From an uncultured Candidatus Saccharibacteria bacterium (GTDB lineage Bacteria; Patescibacteriota; Saccharimonadia; Saccharimonadales; JAGQNK01): 64,000 bases of DNA. The stretch is from the NCBI GenBank assembly GCA_964636435.1, contig CAZWRS010000002.1, positions 296-64,295 of the forward strand, written 5' to 3'. The notes under the pieces are model-generated. The model ran no database searches, was not told the DNA's origin, and saw nothing but the letters and a program-made list of their open reading frames with translations. The translations under genes were made by a program, and so were the position numbers. This document shows, in pieces, positions 18,868-27,765 of this stretch (positions are counted from its first letter, which is position 1; each line of letters starts with the position of its first letter).

Positions 18868-20703
18868 ATGAATAGCGCCGTCCAAGACCCATCGAAAATC
18901 AGAAATATTGCGATTATCGCCCACGTTGACCATGGCAAGACGACCATGGTAGATGGGCTGCTCAAGCAGTCCCATACCTTCCGCGACAATCAGGCGGAGA
19001 TGGGCCAGGAGCTGATCATGGACAGTGGTGACCAAGAGCGTGAACGCGGTATCACGATTACTGCCAAAGTAACGGCCGTGCAGCATAGCGACTACCGGAT
19101 TAATATTATTGATACGCCGGGGCATGCCGACTTTTCGGGTGAAGTAGAGCGGACGCTCAATATGGCTGACGGCTGTATTCTGATCGTGGACGCCCAGGAA
19201 GGCCCCATGCCACAGACCAAGTTCGTGCTCGGCAAGGCGCTCGCGGCCGAGCTCAAGCCAATTGTCATTATTAACAAAATAGACAAGCCCGGTCGTCGCA
19301 TTAAAGAAGTCGAAGATGAGCTGGCGGACCTGTTCCTGGAGCTGGCCGTTCACGAAGAGCAGCTGCACTATCCGGTGTACTACGCAATTGGTCGGACCGG
19401 CAAGGCGTGGGACTCGATACCTGATGATGTAGAGGCGGAAGCTTCGCTGGCGCCAATTTTTGGCGCCATAACTCAGCACGTTCCGGCTCCACGGGTGGAG
19501 CTTGATAAGCCCTTTCAGATGCTCGTCACGGCTCTGTCATGGGACTCATATAAGGGTAAGTATGCGGTTGGGCGCATCAACAGAGGCCAGGTAAAGGCGG
19601 GTCAGCCGGTGGTGGTCTGTAAAAAGGACGGCTCGCTCGCAAAAGCAAAGATTGATACCGTCTGCATGAGCCACGGTGTGTCGAAGTTCGAAGTGCCCGG
19701 CGGAATCGCCGGCGATATTGTCCGGTTGACGGGCATTGGCGATGTGCAGATTGGTGAGACAATTGCTGACGCTGACAGCCCCGAAGCCTTGCCAGTGCTT
19801 GAGGTGGAGGCACCGACGCTCAAGGTATATCTTGGTCCGAATACCTCCCCTTTGAAGGGCACCGAAGGAGAGTTCAGCACCTCACGTCAAATTAGTGAAC
19901 GCTTGCAAAAAGAGCTGGAGACGAACGTTGGTTTGCGCGTTGAGGAAGATGGTATCGGCTTTTTAGTGTCTGGCCGCGGCGAGCTGCACCTAAGCGTGCT
20001 GATTGAATCGATGCGCCGCGAAGGCTATGAGTTCGAGGTGGGCCGACCTCAGGTCGTGACGCGGGAAATTAATGGGGTGACTGAAGAGCCGCTCGAGGAG
20101 TTGATCGTTGAAGTTGCCGCCGAACATGTCGGTACTGTCCAGATGGAGCTCGGCGCCCGCAAAGCCGAGCTGCTCGAGCAGTTCGCCAGTCCAAAGGGCG
20201 TAACGAAGCTTGTGTATAAGCTGCCTACCAGAGCACTGCTTGGCCTCCGTAACATTTTAGTGACCAAGACGAAGGGGACGATCATCATGAACAGCCTGAT
20301 GATTGGCTACCAGCCGCTCGGTTCATCATTGCAGCAAATCCGTAACGGCGTACTGATAGCCTATGAAGCTGGCACGACGACACCGTACGCCCTGCAGATG
20401 GCTGAAGGGCGCGGTGATATCTTCGTCGGGCCCGGGGAAAAAGTCTATGCCGGCCAGATTATCGGTCTTAACAAGCGTCAGGAAGACATGGAAATGAACG
20501 TGTGTAAGGCTAAGCACCTGACCAATATGCGTGCTTCCGGTAGTGACGGCGTGGTGCAACTGACACCCCCGACAATTCTTAGCCTTGAGCAATGTTTGGA
20601 TTTTATTGAAAACGACGAGCTGCTGGAGGTCACGCCGAAAAACTTAAGACTTCGCAAAAAAGAGCTCGACCCCAATAAGCGCAAGCGCCAGAACAAGCAG
20701 TAA
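18868..20703 (+). CDS. typA: Translational GTPase TypA/BipA
   Basis: IRNIAIIAHVDHGKTT and DTPGHADF motifs; length 611 aa. Confidence 0.9.
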   Translation: MNSAVQDPSKIRNIAIIAHVDHGKTTMVDGLLKQSHTFRDNQAEMGQELIMDSGDQERERGITITAKVTAVQHSDYRINIIDTPGHADFSGEVERTLNMADGCILIVDAQEGPMPQTKFVLGKALAAELKPIVIINKIDKPGRRIKEVEDELADLFLELAVHEEQLHYPVYYAIGRTGKAWDSIPDDVEAEASLAPIFGAITQHVPAPRVELDKPFQMLVTALSWDSYKGKYAVGRINRGQVKAGQPVVVCKKDGSLAKAKIDTVCMSHGVSKFEVPGGIAGDIVRLTGIGDVQIGETIADADSPEALPVLEVEAPTLKVYLGPNTSPLKGTEGEFSTSRQISERLQKELETNVGLRVEEDGIGFLVSGRGELHLSVLIESMRREGYEFEVGRPQVVTREINGVTEEPLEELIVEVAAEHVGTVQMELGARKAELLEQFASPKGVTKLVYKLPTRALLGLRNILVTKTKGTIIMNSLMIGYQPLGSSLQQIRNGVLIAYEAGTTTPYALQMAEGRGDIFVGPGEKVYAGQIIGLNKRQEDMEMNVCKAKHLTNMRASGSDGVVQLTPPTILSLEQCLDFIENDELLEVTPKNLRLRKKELDPNKRKRQNKQ

Positions 20704-20737
20704 TAAGGTATCCCGGCCGGTGTAATCCTGGTTTGTA

Positions 20738-21435
20738 ATGTATTATGCACATATGAGTAGGCCGCGGATAGCAATCATGGGATCGGGCGAAGGCTCTACA
20801 GCAGAAGTGTGCGCTCGGTCAGCCGCTGATGGAAGCTTGCGTGCAGACATTGGATTGGTCATATCTAATCAGCCGGCGTCGGGCATAATCAGGCGTGCGG
20901 AAAGCTGGGAGCACGTGTATGGGTTAGCAGTAGATTCGATCGTGATAAACCAGCATACGCACCCTGATGGGGCGCATGCCAGGGGGCAAACAGACAGTGA
21001 GTCACTGGCTATCGCCGAGAGCCTGGTAAAGCATGACATTGATCTCGTCCTGATGATGGGGTACTTGAGAATCGTAGGTAAGTTGCTACTGGAGAGGTAC
21101 GGCTTCGTCGCTGGCAGGCATAGTGATGTACGGCAGAGCCGGATGCTGAACTGGCATCCCGGTCCTTTGCCGCTGACTTCAAGCGAGTACGGTGTCGGGG
21201 CTGCCGAGAAAGTTCTGGATGCCTATATGGCCGGGAAGATCGTCAAATCTGCGTGTGTCTCGTGCATGCAGTTTCCGAATCAGTCGACGAAGGCCCAATT
21301 TGGCGGCTGCATGAGGTTCCGGTGCACGAGTACGACACACCCCAGAGTTTGTTTGGGCGTACACAAAAAATTGAAAAACAGTATTTAACACAAGACATCA
21401 ACGAGTTTATTGAGCTCCAGTCGGGGAGTCAGTAG
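20738..21435 (+). pseudogene. purN: PurN-like phosphoribosylglycinamide formyltransferase (formyl transferase family) interrupted by a -1 frameshift at a (GT)n tract near 21251-21260
   Basis: Frame A: RIAIMGSGEGS...LNWHPGPLP. Frame B from 21253: CLVHAVSESVDEGPIWRLHEVPVHEYDTPQSL, matching the TVHFVxEELDxGPIIxQxxVPVxxxDT core of PurN. No single frame covers both halves. Confidence 0.55.
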
Positions 21436-21495
21436 CAACTCGACTATGCGATAATACTCATAGACAAAACTTATGATACATGATATAATAAAAGA

Positions 21496-21729
21496 ATGAG
21501 AGCATGTATTGTGATGCTAGTGGTCGTGGCGGCCTTGGTGTTTGGCACTACTGGGACTGTTGCGGCGACTGACGAAGGCTTTGTACCGCAGACGTCATCG
21601 ACCAGAACGGATGTGCCGAGCCCGTCGGCCTTGCCGGCAGCCGGGGCGGGGCATGTGCTGGTAGTGTTTGCTGGGGCAACCGGTCTAGGTTTTGCCGGCC
21701 ATGTATGGCTTCGGCGTAAACGGGTATAA
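21496..21729 (+). CDS. 77-aa secreted mini-protein with C-terminal LPAAG sortase-type sorting signal
   Basis: Signal peptide MRACIVMLVVVAALVFGTTGTVAA. C-terminus LPAAG + hydrophobic segment + RRKRV. TATAAT at 21484-21489 only 6 nt before the ATG, with no SD, suggests a leaderless mRNA. Confidence 0.45.
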   Translation: MRACIVMLVVVAALVFGTTGTVAATDEGFVPQTSSTRTDVPSPSALPAAGAGHVLVVFAGATGLGFAGHVWLRRKRV

Positions 21730-21747
21730 GCCGGTAGGTTAATAAAA

Positions 21748-21774
21748 GCTCCGGCCACGAAGTGCGGCCGGAGC
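21748..21774. terminator. Bidirectional rho-independent terminator between convergent genes
   Basis: GCTCCGGCC-acgaagtgc-GGCCGGAGC hairpin followed by a T-rich tract. Confidence 0.6.
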
Positions 21775-21826
21775 AAGTCTTTTGGCTTAAAGTGTTTTAC
21801 CCAAATTGTTACCGAAGGACGAGCGG

Positions 21827-22624
21827 CTAGTAGGCGTATGCCATGCGCTCGCGGTGGTACTTTTCGTACGACTTGTAGTCTTTGTCCTTGCGGCTGTCGT
21901 TGTCTTTGTGGTCATAGCCGCGCTTGTGATCATCCGATTTATCGTAACGGACGAACTTGGCACGGTGGTGACTTGAGTGCTGTTTGTGGTCTTTGCGCTC
22001 GTAATTGACATGCTTGTATGACTTATTCCGGTTATGTGAGCGGTGCTTGTCATAGTCCTTCTTGTACTCAGACTTTTTGTCGTAGTCACGATAGTCTTTT
22101 TTGTAGTCTTTCTTTTTATGGCTGTCGCTATGCTTGTGATCGTAGTCCTTTTTCTTGTGATCATAGGACCTCTTGGAGACGTACTTGACGGGCTTCTTGT
22201 GATCGTGCCTGTCGTAGTCTTTGCTGTAGCGCTCCTTGTGATCGTGCTTCTTGTGGTCCTTTTTGTAATCCTTCTTATGCTCCCACTTGTTATCGTGATG
22301 CTTTACATATTTCTTCTTGTCATCGTCTTTTCGCCAGTGGTTCCAGCTGTACTTGTGGTCATGGTCTTTTTTGTGCTTGGACGATGGTCGCCACCACTTA
22401 TGGGAGTCATGTGACTTCTTGTACTGGTGGCTGTATGAGTTGGATTTATGATGCTTCCAATCCCTATCCTTGCGGTCCGAGCTTTTATGCTTCTTATGCT
22501 TATTGTGGTAGGAGTGGTGCTGCTTTTTGTACGAATCGTAGTTCGTGTACTTCGTGCGCGTACCCGGAATGTAGGCCATTCCTATGACGAGGGCACTTAC
22601 ACAGGTTGCTACAAAGTAATACAT
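21827..22624 (-). CDS. Secreted/anchored extremely His-, Lys-, Asp-, Tyr-rich low-complexity protein (repeats of KKDY / DHK / HKK type)
   Basis: Strong SD AAGGAGGT 9 nt upstream of ATG. N-terminal hydrophobic signal/anchor MYYFVATCVSALVIGMAYIPG, then about 240 aa dominated by H, K, D and Y. Terminator at 21748-21774 downstream. Confidence 0.55.
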   Translation of the reverse strand: MYYFVATCVSALVIGMAYIPGTRTKYTNYDSYKKQHHSYHNKHKKHKSSDRKDRDWKHHKSNSYSHQYKKSHDSHKWWRPSSKHKKDHDHKYSWNHWRKDDDKKKYVKHHDNKWEHKKDYKKDHKKHDHKERYSKDYDRHDHKKPVKYVSKRSYDHKKKDYDHKHSDSHKKKDYKKDYRDYDKKSEYKKDYDKHRSHNRNKSYKHVNYERKDHKQHSSHHRAKFVRYDKSDDHKRGYDHKDNDSRKDKDYKSYEKYHRERMAYAY

Positions 22625-22827
22625 ACTTGCTACGTACCTCCTTGAAAGTTAGATTTGAAAATTAAATGCATGTACCTCCTTTCAAAGTCGCTTTTTTCAT
22701 TTTTAGCAAGGGCTGATATTCGGTGCCATGAGTATTCTCACACTACTTCCTATAGAGAACAGTTTGTAATATTTATTACTTACGGCAGGTGTAAAATAGA
22801 AGGGTAGGGTAAGGTAAGGGGTTTGGT

Positions 22828-23985
22828 ATGAATAGACGAGCAATACTGGGTGCACTGCTCTTGCTGGTGGTGCCGGTGTTTGCATGGGTCGGGCTGGCGA
22901 ACGCGCAAACGTTCCGCTCCGGTGATACGACGACAGTAGACGCCAATGAAACGGTGAATAGTTCGCTGTTTGCCAGCGGCCGCACGATAGACATTGCTGG
23001 AACAGTTGACGGTGACGTGTACTGCGCGGGCATGAATATATTCGTCAGCGGTACCGTGCGCGGTGATGTGCTGTGTGCCGGACAAAATGTGACAGTATCG
23101 GGTGAAGTTGAGGGAGATGTGCGGCTGGCTGGCCAGTCAGTAACGGTCAGCGGCCAGGTGGATGGCAGTGCGTCAGTAGCAACGGCAGCTTTCTCGCTGG
23201 ATAGCCGGGCGCGCATTGCCCGTGACCTGAGCGTGGCGAGCAGTGATATGGCGCTCAATGGCCAGGTTGGCCGGGATGCAGCGTTAGCCGGCGCAAGTGC
23301 GGTGCTCAATAACCAGATTGGTCGGAACGTAAATGCGAGCGTTGAGAGCTTGCGATTGAATGGTCAGGCAGATATCGGTGGCGGGCTGTACTACACGAGC
23401 AGTCAGGATGCGCAGCTTGCTGAAGGGGCGCAGGTAGCTGGCGAGACGCGGCGATCTGAACCGCAGCAGACCAAGGGCACGTTTGAGGCGCCGTTCATTA
23501 CCGGCGCATCGTTCGTGTTTTACACCATAGCGGCGTTGCTCATATTGTCACTGGCGCTGGTGCTGCTGTTTCCGCGAGCTGTGCATGCAGTCACGAGCCA
23601 GGCGGTTGCGCAGCCGCTGAAGGTGCTGCTGGTAGGCTTTGTGGCGAGCCTGGCAGTGCCGGTGCTCATTATCGTGCTGCTGGTTACGGTGCTGGGTATT
23701 CCGCTGGCCTTGCTGCTTCTTGGTATTTGGCTCCTGATACTGTTTCTGGCTGGCCCTGTCTTTAGCTACTATATCGGTCGGCTGCTGCTTTCGGGCCAGC
23801 GTAACGTGATGCTGATTATGGCGCTCGGTGCACTGGTGGTGCTGCTCCTGCTGTTCATACCGATCCTCGGCTTCCTGGTGTGGTTGGCGGCAATGTGGAT
23901 GGGTGCTGGCATGATCCTGCTCGAGATTACCCGCCGGACCCCGCGTCCACGATATGAGATAGAGCCAGCTGCGGCGAAGCGGTAG
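22828..23985 (+). CDS. Membrane protein with cleavable signal peptide, extracytoplasmic bactofilin-like beta-helix repeat domain and C-terminal polytopic TM region
   Basis: Signal ...GLANA|QT. Repeats VSGTVRGDVLCAGQNVTVSGEVEGDVRLAGQSVTVSGQVDG resemble bactofilin (DUF583) repeats. There are 4-5 C-terminal TM helices. Confidence 0.5.
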   Translation: MNRRAILGALLLLVVPVFAWVGLANAQTFRSGDTTTVDANETVNSSLFASGRTIDIAGTVDGDVYCAGMNIFVSGTVRGDVLCAGQNVTVSGEVEGDVRLAGQSVTVSGQVDGSASVATAAFSLDSRARIARDLSVASSDMALNGQVGRDAALAGASAVLNNQIGRNVNASVESLRLNGQADIGGGLYYTSSQDAQLAEGAQVAGETRRSEPQQTKGTFEAPFITGASFVFYTIAALLILSLALVLLFPRAVHAVTSQAVAQPLKVLLVGFVASLAVPVLIIVLLVTVLGIPLALLLLGIWLLILFLAGPVFSYYIGRLLLSGQRNVMLIMALGALVVLLLLFIPILGFLVWLAAMWMGAGMILLEITRRTPRPRYEIEPAAAKR

Positions 23986-24054
23986 CTGCTGCCTAGTCAG
24001 AACATGCTATGCTATAACGAGCAATAGCAAGCCTCGAATAAACATTACAAAGAC

Positions 24055-25389
24055 ATGAAACTCAACCTGCGAAAAAGTAAATTACCGACTATGCCAGCGG
24101 TGCCGCCAGCGATTTCGAGCCTGGCGACGGTGCCGCTCAATATCTTGAATCCCAAGGTTTTGAGCGATGTCTTGTTTAAAAAAGACAAGCGCACAGAGCT
24201 GTTTTTAGAACTCTCGCCGCAGAAGCGGCTGCTGCTACTGCGTTCGTTGACACCGAGCGTGCGCAAGGAGATTCTGCTGCACGTACCTGATCAGGAGCTG
24301 GTGTCGCTGATTCACATGGTCGATCCGGATGAGGCGACGGATATGCTGCAGCTGCTGTCGGCAAAACGCCGCGAAAAGATTTTGCAGATGGTGAGTACCG
24401 AACTTAAGGATTCACTGAGTACGCTGCTGGCGTTCGACGCTGAGACCGCGGCCGGTCTGATGACCCTGGATTACATTCAGGTCAGCCCAGAAGACACGAT
24501 CGTCGAAGTGGCGAAGAAGTTTAAATCCCACGAAAAAGCGACCGGTCGGCCGCCAGTTATCCTGGTCATGAAAGAAGATGGCAAGTTGGCGGGCTTTTTG
24601 CCGGGCCACGAACTGGGCTTTAGTCGCACTACGGAAAAAATCGGTAAATATATTAAGCGCATGCCGTCAGTGTCGTACGCCGCGACGCACGATGAGGTGG
24701 TCCATATCTTCCATACCTACCCGCACTCCAAGGTGGCGGTCAAGAACGATGCCGGCAACGTCATAGGTATTATCTATTCCGATGACGTGCTCAATTTGCT
24801 GCAAGAGCAAGAAGCTTCCTCGCTGTACGACTTTGCAGGTATTCGTCAGGAGGAGAGTATTGCGGACAGCACCCGGCGCAAAGTTATCAACCGGCACCGC
24901 TGGCTGATCGTTAACGTCTTTACTGCCTTTTTGGTGGCTTTCACAGTCAGCCAGTTCGAAGGAATCCTCAGTCAGTACGTCTTGCTGGCGGCGTACATGC
25001 CTATTGTGGCCGGTATGGGCGGTAATGCGTCTATGCAGACGTTTGCGGTGCTGGTGCGCGGTATTTCGCTCGGACAGATCAGTCTCAGGACTGCCGGTCG
25101 GACGCTGCGTAACGAGCTGGGGGCCGGGTTTATTAACGGTATTATCATCGCGGTGATTGTGGCGAGCGTGGCTATCGTAATGAACGGCGATCTGCGGCTG
25201 GGCGCTGTGCTGGCGCTGGCAATGGTCATCAACCTGATGGTGGCGGCCTTTTTCGGTACCGTCGTGCCGCTGGTCATGAGCCGGCTCGGCAAAGACCCGG
25301 CGACCTCGGCATCTATTTTCATTACCACCGCGACCGATGTGCTGGGCTTCTTAGCTTTCCTCGGTTTGGCATCGCTCATTCTCATGTAA
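24055..25389 (+). CDS. mgtE: Magnesium transporter MgtE
   Basis: MgtE N-domain, CBS pair region and C-terminal TM domain (PIVAGMGGNASMQT). Confidence 0.85.
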   Translation: MKLNLRKSKLPTMPAVPPAISSLATVPLNILNPKVLSDVLFKKDKRTELFLELSPQKRLLLLRSLTPSVRKEILLHVPDQELVSLIHMVDPDEATDMLQLLSAKRREKILQMVSTELKDSLSTLLAFDAETAAGLMTLDYIQVSPEDTIVEVAKKFKSHEKATGRPPVILVMKEDGKLAGFLPGHELGFSRTTEKIGKYIKRMPSVSYAATHDEVVHIFHTYPHSKVAVKNDAGNVIGIIYSDDVLNLLQEQEASSLYDFAGIRQEESIADSTRRKVINRHRWLIVNVFTAFLVAFTVSQFEGILSQYVLLAAYMPIVAGMGGNASMQTFAVLVRGISLGQISLRTAGRTLRNELGAGFINGIIIAVIVASVAIVMNGDLRLGAVLALAMVINLMVAAFFGTVVPLVMSRLGKDPATSASIFITTATDVLGFLAFLGLASLILM

Positions 25390-25482
25390 AGGTAGTGGGT
25401 GTGGCCGCGGGTGCGCCAAGCGTACAGTTGGCGTATAAAAAGTTTGACGACTAGCGTGACTGTCTATACTCTGTAAAATAAG

Positions 25483-26778
25483 ATGCTTGAACGTGCTACC
25501 AAGAAACTAAAAACAACTATCAAAAAGCTCAGCCCGCTGGGAACGCATTTTGATGTGCAGCCGGACGATGTTCGCCCGGCCCTGCGCTACATCCACGACT
25601 ACTGGCCCAAGCTGGAGCGCTATCATCCGAAGGATGACGAGAGCCTGCTGGGCCTCCCCAATAAGTACCTGGTGCCAGCTTATGATGAGGGGCATGAATT
25701 TGATTTTAATGAAATGTACTACTGGGACAGCTACTTCATGGTTCAGGGCATGATGGATGCCGAGCACAAGGATCTGGTTGTCGGCATATTGGAAAACTTG
25801 GTCAGTATGTTCGATCGCTTCAAGGTGATTCCGAACGCTTCGCGCCTGTATTTGATGGGGCGCAGCCAGCCACCCTTCCTCACCTCATTCATCTGGGAGG
25901 TATACGACACGTATGACATGGACAAGCGCTGGCTAAAGCGGATGATGAGGTCTGCCCAGGCTGAGTACGAAACGGTATGGATGGGCACCAAGAAGCCGAA
26001 TGCCCGGCAGGTATACAAGGGCTTAAGCCGCTACTATGACATCAACCACTTGCACGACCTTGCCGAAGCCGAGAGCGGCTGGGATATGACAACCCGTTTC
26101 GGCCGCAAGGCACTGGATTATGTGCCGGCGGACCTAAATGCCCTTTTGTACAAGTACGAAATGGATTTTGCCCGCTACTATCGGCTGATTGATGACAAGC
26201 GCACAGCCGCCAAGTGGGAAGTTGCTGCCAAGTACCGCAAGAAAACCATGGATGGTTTGATGTGGAGCAACCTGCGGGGAATTTACTTCGACTACAATTT
26301 TGCAAAGGAAAAGCGCGGTACGGTCAGTTCACTCGCGACGTATTACACGATGTGGGCAGGTATGGCAACTGATGAGCAGGCAAAAGAAATGGTTAAAGCA
26401 CTGCGGCGCTTCGAGCACCGCGGCGGGCTGGCCACAACCGATGGCCAGGCGCTCAATCAGATGGTACCGGGTGCCATCACGCCAGGTGTTATGCCGACGC
26501 AGTGGGCGTTTCCGAACGGCTGGGCGCCGCTTCAGTACATCGTTATAAAAGGCTTGCAGCGGTACGGCTATCATGAGGATGCCAGGCGGATTGCCATGAA
26601 GTGGCTCAAGACCAACCTGGACTGGTTCAATACACACGGTGTCTTCCTGGAAAAGTACAACGTCGTATCGCCGGAAAAACCGCCGGCAAAAGGAGTCTAC
26701 CCCTCCCAGACTGGCTTTGGTTGGACGAACGCGGTGTTCGAGCGGCTCTGTCAAGAATACGTGTATGAGCAGCGATGA
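25483..26778 (+). CDS. Trehalase (glycoside hydrolase family 37)
   Basis: GH37 signature 1-like NEMYYWDSYFMVQGM and signature 2 QWAFPNGWAPLQY. Confidence 0.8.
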   Translation: MLERATKKLKTTIKKLSPLGTHFDVQPDDVRPALRYIHDYWPKLERYHPKDDESLLGLPNKYLVPAYDEGHEFDFNEMYYWDSYFMVQGMMDAEHKDLVVGILENLVSMFDRFKVIPNASRLYLMGRSQPPFLTSFIWEVYDTYDMDKRWLKRMMRSAQAEYETVWMGTKKPNARQVYKGLSRYYDINHLHDLAEAESGWDMTTRFGRKALDYVPADLNALLYKYEMDFARYYRLIDDKRTAAKWEVAAKYRKKTMDGLMWSNLRGIYFDYNFAKEKRGTVSSLATYYTMWAGMATDEQAKEMVKALRRFEHRGGLATTDGQALNQMVPGAITPGVMPTQWAFPNGWAPLQYIVIKGLQRYGYHEDARRIAMKWLKTNLDWFNTHGVFLEKYNVVSPEKPPAKGVYPSQTGFGWTNAVFERLCQEYVYEQR

Positions 26779-26932
26779 CGAGATATTCAAGCTGCCCTGC
26801 GCCGATAAAATGGCTTTTGACACCCAAGAGGCAGCTTCGGCTGCAGCGCTGGCGATACAGCACCAGCGGGGCACAAAACTGAAGGCTTACCGCTGCCGAC
26901 ATTGCGGACTGTGGCACCTTGCCAGTGCCTAG
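26765..26932 (+). CDS. Small hypothetical protein (55 aa), possible zinc-binding C-terminus
   Basis: MSSDDEIFKLPCADK...YRCRHCGLWH. Overlaps the trehalase 3' end in another frame. Confidence 0.3.
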   Translation: MSSDDEIFKLPCADKMAFDTQEAASAAALAIQHQRGTKLKAYRCRHCGLWHLASA

Positions 26933-27588
26933 AGCTGATTCTGCTGTCGATACTGTTGTATTTCCTCGACCTGCGCGGGCGTAATGTACCCCGCAGTGAT
27001 GCCATGCCCAAGTAAATCATCAGCGGTCAGTATGGAGAGAAAGCCTACGCCCACTTTTTGTAAGTTGTCTCTGGCGCCTTGTTGACGATCGACGACCGTC
27101 AACACGGTGCTGACAACCAGGCCGGCAGCCCTACTCGCCCGCAGGAAGCGGAACTTGTTTCTGCCGCCCGATGTATGGTCATCGACAACGATCAGTTCAT
27201 CGCCGACTTCGTAGGTGCCTTCCGGCTGGGTGAAGGTTGTGCCATGCTCGGGATCGTCTACTTTGTCAAAGGTCAGCAGGTTCTCCGGATAGTCGGTGTA
27301 TTGCTTTGCCAGAGCCTCGCCGAGCGGCCAGGCACCGCGGGGCAGCGCCGCAATACGGTTGGCTTTGAGGTTGTTTCGCTGGCAGATCTCGTAGAACTCC
27401 TCGCCGATGCACTCATACAGCTCTGGCAAAAGCTCACTGCCAGGCTCATTTTGCTTCGGGTAGTGCATGTACCACGGTGACGGCGGCAGTGATGGGTTGT
27501 CGCGATGTGCTGAGAGTAAAAACTCCCCGAACTGTATGGAGTTGCTGTGATAGTAGAGGTCGGCAATCTCTGCTTGGCGATGTGTCAT
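26929..27588 (-). CDS. Type I phosphoribosyltransferase, orotate PRTase (PyrE)-like
   Basis: IQFGEFLLSA N-region and PRPP-binding motif ELIVVDDHTSGG. Confidence 0.6.
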   Translation of the reverse strand: MTHRQAEIADLYYHSNSIQFGEFLLSAHRDNPSLPPSPWYMHYPKQNEPGSELLPELYECIGEEFYEICQRNNLKANRIAALPRGAWPLGEALAKQYTDYPENLLTFDKVDDPEHGTTFTQPEGTYEVGDELIVVDDHTSGGRNKFRFLRASRAAGLVVSTVLTVVDRQQGARDNLQKVGVGFLSILTADDLLGHGITAGYITPAQVEEIQQYRQQNQL

Positions 27589-27765
27589 CGGCTAGGCTCA
27601 CGGCTACTGGTGTTCATATCTCACCTAAAATGATACCATTGGTACGGTATGACAAGTATACAATGCCAGATGATGCAACTGATGATGCCCGAGCGGGCTG
27701 CATAGATACTTCATTTCTCTTTGATTTCCCCCCATCACGCTAAACAGGTACACTTTAAGTAACGT

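Noticed and set aside
18107-18892. 261-aa minus-strand ORF
   Set aside because: Completely overlaps the DEAD-box helicase, which has clear motifs, and has no recognisable motifs itself.
22043-22414. Plus-strand 123-aa ultra-hydrophobic poly-V/L ORF
   Set aside because: It is the mirror image of the His/Lys-rich minus-strand gene (complements of AAG/CAC/GAC codons). It has no charged loops, no SD and is shorter than the minus-strand ORF.
23986-24054. M-box (Mg) riboswitch upstream of mgtE
   Set aside because: Only about 70 nt intergenic, too short for an M-box; no conserved elements seen.
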